Source of the DNA: TPA_inf: Saccharomyces
Lineage: Eukaryota
DNA: 64,000 nt
Direction: 5' to 3'
NCBI GenBank assembly: GCA_000146045.2
Contig: BK006947.3
Location: 224,001 to 288,000 of the forward strand
In this document: positions 56,432-64,000 of the stretch, in pieces
How the letters are laid out: each line of letters starts with the position of its first letter
How positions within the stretch are numbered: the first letter of the stretch is position 1
Translations under genes and position numbers: made by a program
Notes under the pieces: model-generated
Databases searched by the model: none
What the model was told of the DNA's origin: nothing
What the model saw: only the letters and a program-made list of their open reading frames with translations

Positions 56432-57505
56432 ATGTGCAGATTCTTGATTTTCAAAGGCAAACAACCGATTCGGCTATCTCATCTTTTAACAAGACCAGCT
56501 CATTCTATCATAAACCAATCATTTGATAGCAGATTACGGCTAGACAGAAGAAGGCCAATGAATGGTGATGGTTTTGGTGTCGCTTACTATCCATTGGATA
56601 CCGAGTTAAGCGAGGACGGTCCATGCCTTTTCAAAGCTATTACTCCTGCATGGAACAACCAAAATTTGAGTACATTAGCAGAAAAAACTAAATCTGATCT
56701 GGTCTTTGCGCACGTAAGAGCCTCTACATATGGTGTCCTATCTGAGACCAATTGCCATCCGTTTACATACCACAGCTTATGTTTTATGCATAATGGCGGT
56801 ATATCTAATTTCAAAGGAATCAAGAGAAAATTATTGAATCATATCAAAGACGAATACCTGAATTTTATTCAAGGGAGCACAGACTCCGAGTGCGCATTTG
56901 CATTATTCTTAGACACTTTAGACAAATTGGGTTACGACCCAAAGAAGCAGGACGGCGATTTCGGTAATGTTGCACTAAGAAAGGCAATGTTACGAACGAT
57001 TGACTACATCAGAGATTGGACTAAAGAAGCGAACAAGGACGAGGCACATGTGGAGCCATCTCTCTTAAATTTTGCTGTAACTGACGGATCCACCGTTGTC
57101 GTTTCCAGGTATATAACTTCAAAGACGGACGAGGCAGCATCTTTGCATTTCAGTTGTGGTTCCAGCTTTGTAGAAACTTCACCAGGAGAATACAGGGTAG
57201 AAAGGTTGGATAGAAACCAAGATGTAATTATGGTTGCATCGGAACCTTTGACTTTCGAGAGAGGTGATTGGACTGCAGTACCCACCAACAGCATATTGAC
57301 CATTAAGAAACAGACAATATTACTACACCCTATTATCGATGAGTACTACCAAGAAGATCCGTTATACCTAAGAAGTTCAACCCTCGCAGAAAGCAAGGGG
57401 CTCATGGGTTCTATACCACTAGCAAAAGCCGTAGAAAAGAACGTTCCTCCACTAGAAAGAGAGGGCCGTACGAGACCTCCAACCGCTGTCGCACATATAG
57501 CATGA
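56432..57505 (+). CDS. DUG3: Class II (Ntn) glutamine amidotransferase Dug3 (357 aa), part of the Dug2/Dug3 glutathione-degrading complex
   Basis: MCRFLIFKG..., where the Cys directly after the initiator Met is the hallmark of Ntn GATases. The track's extra M is a GTG. Confidence 0.85.
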   Translation: MCRFLIFKGKQPIRLSHLLTRPAHSIINQSFDSRLRLDRRRPMNGDGFGVAYYPLDTELSEDGPCLFKAITPAWNNQNLSTLAEKTKSDLVFAHVRASTYGVLSETNCHPFTYHSLCFMHNGGISNFKGIKRKLLNHIKDEYLNFIQGSTDSECAFALFLDTLDKLGYDPKKQDGDFGNVALRKAMLRTIDYIRDWTKEANKDEAHVEPSLLNFAVTDGSTVVVSRYITSKTDEAASLHFSCGSSFVETSPGEYRVERLDRNQDVIMVASEPLTFERGDWTAVPTNSILTIKKQTILLHPIIDEYYQEDPLYLRSSTLAESKGLMGSIPLAKAVEKNVPPLEREGRTRPPTAVAHIA

Positions 57506-58394
57506 GCACACGCTCTAGAGGATTGTACCATTGTCACTACTAGATATACATATAAACAAATAAGAAGCATCGACACATAACAACAACCCCAACATCATAA
57601 TTTCATAAGTATTTGGTTGGTTAGTCCATATGGCGTCTAATCCTCGAAATGAGAAGGTACCCGCCTGGTGTCTATGACAACCTTCCGGGTAATAAATGTT
57701 CATTTGAACCCATTCATCCAATTGATATCCGGGCAATCACTTCCGGAAGCGGAAATTTACAAATATCCGGTGGGTCCTACAAGGGGACTAAAGAAAAAAA
57801 ATACGTGAAAAACAGCGATGCGATATTTTTTGTATCGTCTTGTTCGAGTGTTTCTTACCACGATGACCGGGATTTTGGCCGGTGAAAAAAAAAAAATGCG
57901 CTCCCGTACGTCAGTGGCTGTTGCTGAAACGAGACAATTTCTCAATTCGTTTGTTTGTGTACTGTATTTGTTATCTTTACTATATATATGTTGTTAAGTT
58001 TCTTTTACCAATTAGTGCTCACTTCTCTCGTCTTTTATTAGGTGTGTGTGTTGTGCGTAATTTTCGTTTCGCTGATTACTTTATATAGTGTAGTTTGTTC
58101 TTGAATGTAATAAAGACTTCTGTTTTATTTTGTTTTGTTATTTAGAAACAGTCTATCTGGTTTAACTTAAACGAGTGAGCTTAAGATAATCTGACTACAA
58201 GAAAACCAAGCTTCTATTACTTTGTTTCTTTCTCTTTTTTCTTTTTTGAATAAAGAATTTTCCTTTAAGGAGTAACTTAAGCATTTAGCTGCACATTAAA
58301 CACTTTTTTTTTTACTTCTAACTCACACACTTTTGGAAGAACATTTATTTTTTCGACCTTCTTTCCCAAATACCCAGCGCTTTATAATTGAAAT

Positions 58395-59009
58395 ATGAAG
58401 TTCTCTTCTGTTACTGCTATTACTCTAGCCACCGTTGCCACCGTTGCCACTGCTAAGAAGGGTGAACATGATTTCACTACCACTTTAACTTTGTCATCGG
58501 ACGGTAGTTTAACTACTACCACCTCTACTCATACCACTCACAAGTATGGTAAGTTCAACAAGACTTCCAAGTCCAAGACCCCAAACCACACTGGTACTCA
58601 CAAGTACGGTAAGTTCAACAAGACCTCCAAGTCTAAGACCCCAAACCATACCGGTACTCACAAGTATGGTAAGTTCAACAAGACTTCCAAGTCCAAGACT
58701 CCAAACCATACCGGTACTCACAAGTACGGTAAGTTCAACAAGACCTCCAAATCCAAGACTCCAAACCACACTGGTACTCACAAGTACGGTAAGTTCAACA
58801 AGACCTCCAAGTCTAAGACCCCAAACCATACCGGTACTCACAAGTATGGTAAGTTCAACAAAACCAAACATGACACTACCACTTATGGTCCTGGTGAAAA
58901 GGCCCGTAAGAACAATGCCGCCCCTGGTCCATCTAATTTCAACTCCATAAAATTGTTTGGTGTTACCGCTGGTAGTGCTGCCGTAGCCGGTGCCTTATTA
59001 CTATTATAA
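58395..59009 (+). CDS. Secreted, probably GPI-anchored repeat-containing hydrophilic cell-wall protein YNL190W (204 aa)
   Basis: N-terminal signal peptide (MKFSSVTAITLATVATVATA), 5.5 tandem 20-aa repeats, and a C-terminal hydrophobic GPI-type tail (GSAAVAGALLLL). Confidence 0.8.
   Translation: MKFSSVTAITLATVATVATAKKGEHDFTTTLTLSSDGSLTTTTSTHTTHKYGKFNKTSKSKTPNHTGTHKYGKFNKTSKSKTPNHTGTHKYGKFNKTSKSKTPNHTGTHKYGKFNKTSKSKTPNHTGTHKYGKFNKTSKSKTPNHTGTHKYGKFNKTKHDTTTYGPGEKARKNNAAPGPSNFNSIKLFGVTAGSAAVAGALLLL
58538..58870 (+). repeat. Tandem array of 60-bp units, 5 full copies plus a partial one, encoding HKYGKFNKTSKSKTPNHTGT
   Basis: Copies are near-identical at the nucleotide level and differ only at a few synonymous third positions (tat/tac, act/acc, tcc/tct). 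Confidence 0.9.
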
Positions 59010-60259
59010 TAAGCTTTGAATTGGATTTGAGAAATAAAGGAAGACCTAATTTTCTCCGGTTTTATGTTTTTTACCCCCCCTACCCCCTTCATCCTGAAGT
59101 AGTAAATTCTTTTTATTATACTATTTCGACTACTATGTGTTTACGTGTGCTTGTGCAAAAGTGAAATTTATTGTGATTGTGTTCTTTTTCTCTTTTTTTT
59201 ATACAAAAAATGGAGAAAGGAAATTGGGACCTACGATTTAAAGAAGTGTTATTTCCTATTTCAACGAGTTAAATGAATGTGTGTGTTTCGTTGACTTGTA
59301 AGGATAGAGAAAGATCATCCAACTTTTAATCATGGTTTCCTTTCCTTTTTTATAGCAATCGAATGTGGAAGGAAAATAGAGCGGAGCTTGATAATTGTGT
59401 GTGTGAATGTCTTGCTTTCTCTTTTTCCTTATTTCTACGCTATACAAAAAGTGTGCTTTTTTCTTCTATTTTTTTTTCTTTAATGACTTTGTGTGTTTAT
59501 TACCCTTTAATTAATTACCAAAAAAAAAATAAACTACGTTTTTAATTTCTAATTTATCAAAATTTCTTTTTTTCACATATAACTATATATTTATATGTCA
59601 CCCTATTCAAGTTCGTTAGTTTTCTTTCAACGGTCCAAAATTTGGGATATCTTGTGTGTACTTTACTTTCTCCACTAACGATAAGACATCTGCTATTAGC
59701 CTATATTGGGCTTAATAAAAAAGGTATCTTCGTCTAGAATGATATATGTATACAATCAAAAGTTTAAAGCTAAATTTTTTATTAACAAGTTACTTTATCA
59801 AGTAGTAGTTAACTTAATCGACCGAATTAATTCAATAGTAATCAATTCCAATGCACCGAAGAGTTTGCCAGTCGAACTATCTAAGTGATACTTGTCCATT
59901 TTTCCTCGAAGCGCAAAAGAGATTACATCACCATTAACGAATTTTCTTCTTTTCTTTTTTCTTCAAGAGTTGATGGGGAAGGACTAGGAAGGAAACGGTT
60001 CAGATACGAATTTAGTGATTAATCATATTCTGCTCAAGAAGCGACTTGTAAGGTAAGGAAAACCCGCATTCACTGACGGAATAAGGAACAGGACCAACTA
60101 TAAGCCTCCTTTTACACTCACATCTTCAGGCTTTATTTTGTTAAGACTGAAACATTTCCCACTTAATTGAAGTTACATCGTTATTTTATAGAACGATCTT
60201 TCTATTTTGTTTTTTGTTCACTTGATATACCTTCCCTTCTACATAACAAATTAATAAAT

Positions 60260-61888
60260 ATGGATAATGGTACAGATTCTTCCACGAGCAAGTTCGTTCC
60301 CGAATATAGACGAACAAACTTTAAGAATAAAGGCAGATTCTCTGCAGATGAACTTCGTCGTCGTAGAGATACACAACAGGTCGAATTAAGAAAAGCAAAA
60401 AGAGATGAAGCTTTGGCCAAAAGAAGAAACTTTATTCCCCCAACTGATGGCGCTGATTCTGATGAAGAAGATGAGAGCTCCGTTTCTGCGGACCAACAAT
60501 TTTACAGCCAGTTGCAGCAAGAACTACCACAAATGACTCAGCAACTTAACTCTGATGATATGCAAGAGCAATTGAGTGCTACTGTTAAGTTTAGACAAAT
60601 TTTGTCTAGAGAACACCGCCCTCCAATTGATGTCGTCATTCAAGCCGGTGTTGTTCCAAGATTAGTAGAATTTATGCGTGAAAACCAACCTGAAATGTTA
60701 CAATTGGAGGCTGCTTGGGCTTTGACTAACATTGCATCAGGTACATCTGCTCAAACAAAAGTGGTTGTTGATGCTGACGCTGTACCTCTTTTCATTCAAC
60801 TATTATATACCGGCTCCGTTGAAGTTAAAGAACAAGCCATTTGGGCCTTAGGTAACGTTGCAGGTGATTCAACTGACTACAGAGACTACGTTTTACAATG
60901 TAATGCCATGGAGCCAATTTTGGGTCTTTTTAACTCCAATAAACCATCTTTGATCAGGACCGCTACGTGGACTTTATCCAATTTATGCAGGGGTAAAAAA
61001 CCACAACCAGATTGGTCAGTGGTCTCACAAGCGTTGCCAACCTTAGCGAAATTAATCTATTCGATGGACACTGAAACTTTAGTTGATGCTTGTTGGGCTA
61101 TCTCTTATCTATCTGACGGACCACAAGAAGCTATTCAAGCAGTGATCGATGTTAGAATTCCTAAAAGACTTGTTGAATTACTGAGCCATGAATCGACTTT
61201 AGTCCAGACTCCTGCTTTAAGAGCTGTAGGTAATATAGTCACTGGTAATGACTTACAGACTCAGGTCGTTATAAATGCTGGTGTCTTACCTGCGTTAAGA
61301 CTTCTGCTAAGCTCTCCAAAAGAAAATATCAAGAAAGAAGCGTGTTGGACCATTTCCAATATTACGGCTGGTAATACTGAACAAATTCAAGCGGTAATTG
61401 ACGCGAACTTGATTCCTCCATTAGTTAAACTTTTGGAAGTTGCAGAATATAAAACTAAAAAAGAAGCTTGTTGGGCTATTTCCAATGCCTCTTCAGGTGG
61501 TTTACAAAGACCAGATATCATAAGATATTTAGTATCTCAAGGGTGTATAAAACCATTGTGTGATTTGCTAGAAATTGCTGACAACAGAATAATTGAAGTT
61601 ACCTTAGATGCTCTTGAAAATATTTTAAAGATGGGTGAAGCTGACAAAGAAGCTCGTGGTTTGAATATCAATGAAAATGCCGATTTTATCGAAAAGGCTG
61701 GTGGTATGGAAAAGATTTTCAACTGTCAACAAAATGAAAATGACAAGATTTATGAAAAAGCATACAAAATCATTGAAACCTACTTTGGTGAAGAAGAAGA
61801 CGCCGTAGACGAAACTATGGCTCCACAAAATGCCGGTAATACTTTCGGCTTTGGTTCTAATGTCAACCAACAATTCAATTTTAACTAA
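60260..61888 (+). CDS. SRP1: Importin/karyopherin alpha (542 aa)
   Basis: N-terminal importin-beta-binding domain ([34 protein letters not shown]) followed by Armadillo repeats. The track ORF starts at a TTG 31 codons upstream. Confidence 0.95.
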   Translation: MDNGTDSSTSKFVPEYRRTNFKNKGRFSADELRRRRDTQQVELRKAKRDEALAKRRNFIPPTDGADSDEEDESSVSADQQFYSQLQQELPQMTQQLNSDDMQEQLSATVKFRQILSREHRPPIDVVIQAGVVPRLVEFMRENQPEMLQLEAAWALTNIASGTSAQTKVVVDADAVPLFIQLLYTGSVEVKEQAIWALGNVAGDSTDYRDYVLQCNAMEPILGLFNSNKPSLIRTATWTLSNLCRGKKPQPDWSVVSQALPTLAKLIYSMDTETLVDACWAISYLSDGPQEAIQAVIDVRIPKRLVELLSHESTLVQTPALRAVGNIVTGNDLQTQVVINAGVLPALRLLLSSPKENIKKEACWTISNITAGNTEQIQAVIDANLIPPLVKLLEVAEYKTKKEACWAISNASSGGLQRPDIIRYLVSQGCIKPLCDLLEIADNRIIEVTLDALENILKMGEADKEARGLNINENADFIEKAGGMEKIFNCQQNENDKIYEKAYKIIETYFGEEEDAVDETMAPQNAGNTFGFGSNVNQQFNFN

Positions 61889-62307
61889 CTGAATGTGAAG
61901 AAAAAGATCAACTAAATAAGTTTATTCAGATAAATCTTCATTATCTGATCCATTATTTTTAAGTTTTTCTTTTAATGTATATAAGAAATTCTAATCTTTT
62001 AATTCGCACAATAGTATTTTCATGTACTAGTTCGTACAGTATTCTCTTTCTCTGGGGTTTTTCCCTTTTATAGAAGTTGACTTGTTCTATAGTTGTTATA
62101 TATGTATTGCTGGGTTTTTTAATCTATTTTGCGGAAGACGCCAAAAATAAGAAAAAAATTGGAAAGACACAAGAAAAAAGTAAGAATATCCACAGCTGAA
62201 AGATCTAACAGGCGTATTTTTATTTTCGAAGAAACGTCCTAAAAGGATCTGATTCAGCACATTGATAATAGCATAGGCATTTTTATCTTTCTTTTTTGAG
62301 TTCATGA

Positions 62308-63609
62308 ATGAATGTAACTTCTCCAAAAGATGGGAATCACAGTTTCTCGAAGAAAAATAGATTTAATACAAATAAACCGCGATTCCACAAACTAAATGAG
62401 CAGGCGCAGAGTATAAATTTACCAGAAGACCGTGATTCAATTGTTTCAAGTAATACAACGTCAATTATGACAGATGATGCATTTGATTACAATGAGGGCA
62501 TTGCATCGCGTACCAAAAATATTAATTCTGATAGTGATAGAAGCAATGATACCATAAAACAAAACAACTACAATAAAAGGGAGACCGGATATAACCCTTT
62601 CTACAATGGATCAGGGATCAATCAGCGATATACACAGTTTCGAAAAAGAGAGTTTGAACCAACACTTGCAGAAAACAAAGCCGAAGAGTACATATCGGAC
62701 GAAGATAATGTAAAAATTGATGAAGATAATATAGAGAACGAACTCCAGTTTACGCCGAAAATTAAAGAGGCTAGTATACTCCGATCTAGTTTACTAGGAC
62801 AAAGAAATGTTTTAAATACTCGGAATCCAAAATCAAAAGAATCACACATTAAAGTAAAACCCATCATCAATAACAAGAGCTCCTCACAAAGAAAATCTAG
62901 TGCAGCACTTCGGAAACAATTAGGAAAACCCCTACCGCTGCCGTATTTGAATAGCCCTAATAGTGATAGTACACCCACATTACAGAGAAAAGAAGAAGTA
63001 TTCACAGACGAAGTGCTTCAAAAAAAGAGAGAATTGATTGAGTCTAAATGGCATAGACTTCTCTTTCATGACAAAAAAATGGTGGAAAAAAAGCTAGAAA
63101 GTTTAAGAGAATACGAAAGGAAAAGAATGCCTCCACGAGGAACTGATGTTTCTAGCTCTGAGCAGGACAATTCTTTCAAAATATCGACGCCAACAAAATC
63201 GTATGTTTCTTTGGAGCAAAAACCCTTACCAAATCTCTCTGCTATGAATAACTTTAATGATGTTACCGACAATAAGGAGAAAGAAGAAACGAACAACAAT
63301 ATATTAAAGTTCCAAGCGCAACGAGATCCATTACAAATACTACAGTCTGAGATCGAAATGCATACTAAGAAACTTGACACGATAATAGAGTTACTAAAAG
63401 ACGATACCGATTCAAAGGAAAAAAGGAAAGTAGTGACTAATGACAACGCAGCGCCTGAACAAATGGTCAACAAAGGATGGCGGAAAAACGTGATGATGAT
63501 CTACAAAAAATCAGGAAATATTATGAAAAAGTATAGGGAATATTTCTTATGGACAATTTGTATTTTAATATTGTTATATTGCAATATATATGTGTATTAT
63601 AGGTTTTAA
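62308..63609 (+). CDS. KAR1: Spindle pole body half-bridge protein Kar1 (433 aa)
   Basis: 433-aa hydrophilic protein (MNVTSPKDGNHSFSKKNRFNTNKPRFHKLNEQAQSINLPEDRDSIVSSNTTS...) with a C-terminal tail-anchor transmembrane segment (FLWTICILILLYCNIYVYY). Confidence 0.85.
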   Translation: MNVTSPKDGNHSFSKKNRFNTNKPRFHKLNEQAQSINLPEDRDSIVSSNTTSIMTDDAFDYNEGIASRTKNINSDSDRSNDTIKQNNYNKRETGYNPFYNGSGINQRYTQFRKREFEPTLAENKAEEYISDEDNVKIDEDNIENELQFTPKIKEASILRSSLLGQRNVLNTRNPKSKESHIKVKPIINNKSSSQRKSSAALRKQLGKPLPLPYLNSPNSDSTPTLQRKEEVFTDEVLQKKRELIESKWHRLLFHDKKMVEKKLESLREYERKRMPPRGTDVSSSEQDNSFKISTPTKSYVSLEQKPLPNLSAMNNFNDVTDNKEKEETNNNILKFQAQRDPLQILQSEIEMHTKKLDTIIELLKDDTDSKEKRKVVTNDNAAPEQMVNKGWRKNVMMIYKKSGNIMKKYREYFLWTICILILLYCNIYVYYRF

Positions 63610-63823
63610 ACCATATAAAGGTTAGTACATGAAGAAGTGTGTACAGTTATGGCAATAACTGTTCTCTTCCGTTTTAAAGAGAGTATTATCACGGTCTGAA
63701 AATTAAGCAAAAAAAGAAAAGCGTGCACTTAAAAATCGGTGGTGGACAGACCGCATATTCCATAAACATAGATGGTACAAGGGCATTATGAGTCCTTGAA
63801 TAGAAAAAATGATGAAAGAATGA

Positions 63824-64000
63824 ATGCAATTCCGTATTGCGACACTGGCGAAGTGTTCGAGGCTGACACGATAGCGAATGTATGGAAAAGAGAAGATAAG
63901 GAATGGTTAAAAAGGACTCAAAGTGATCGAAGTGGATACGAGTATCCACGACTAGGAGAATCACCATATATCAATATGACAGACGACTTCAGAATGGAAA
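63824..64000 (+). CDS. Partial CDS at the window's right edge (MNAIPYCDTGEVFEADTIANVWKREDKEWLKR...), presumably the N-terminus of the next gene, expected to be SWT21/YNL187W
   Basis: Open reading frame from ATG 63824 to the window end. The identification is based on position only. Confidence 0.35.

Noticed and set aside
58509-58950. Antisense and +1-frame ORFs across the YNL190W repeat array
   Set aside because: Repeat-induced open frames. Only the signal-peptide/GPI-containing frame makes a coherent protein.

Overview
This 64 kb window reads as a gene-dense nuclear chromosomal segment of a Saccharomyces-type budding yeast. The order and sequences of the encoded proteins match what I recall of the S. 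cerevisiae chromosome XIV left arm, CNM67/YNL225C through SWT21/YNL187W (approx. chrXIV 224–288 kb, from memory only). No database search was possible. I support about 36 protein-coding genes, all intron-less. Confidently recognised products are adenylosuccinate synthetase ADE12, Hsp70 SSB2, RAP1, chitin synthase CHS1, importin-alpha SRP1, POP1, ALG9, MGS1, RIO2, SSU72, ATG4, WHI3, PSY2, GCR2, KAR1, VID27, RTT106, SPS18/SPS19 and MER1. The ORF track misses one clear non-coding gene: the 568-nt U1 spliceosomal snRNA (SNR19) on the minus strand between SSU72 and POP1. It forms a GC-rich structured island that starts with the 5' splice-site-recognition sequence AUACUUACCU, has an Sm site near its 3' end, and has a TATAAATAG box about 90 bp upstream. 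There are several short regulatory motifs: URS1 before MER1, an MSE between SPS18 and SPS19, a TGAGTCA site before ADE12, Reb1 and E-box sites in the POP1–ADE12 divergent promoter, and PAC/RRPE-like elements before SSB2. Repeats include a near-perfect 60-bp tandem array in YNL190W, 48-bp G/Q-rich tandem units in YNL208W, a CAG/CAA polyglutamine tract in WHI3, a poly-Ala tract in RAP1 and long A-runs inside CHS1. I found no tRNA genes, Ty/LTR elements or prokaryote-type systems. Several long ORFs in the track are antisense or low-complexity artefacts, and some track ORFs begin at non-ATG codons (TTG/GTG translated as M). I found no evidence for a genuinely novel system. The window looks like an ordinary, well-behaved yeast core region. 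Its most interesting content is the snRNA gene and the cluster of meiosis/sporulation genes (MER1, SPS18, SPS19, SLZ1) with their cis elements.
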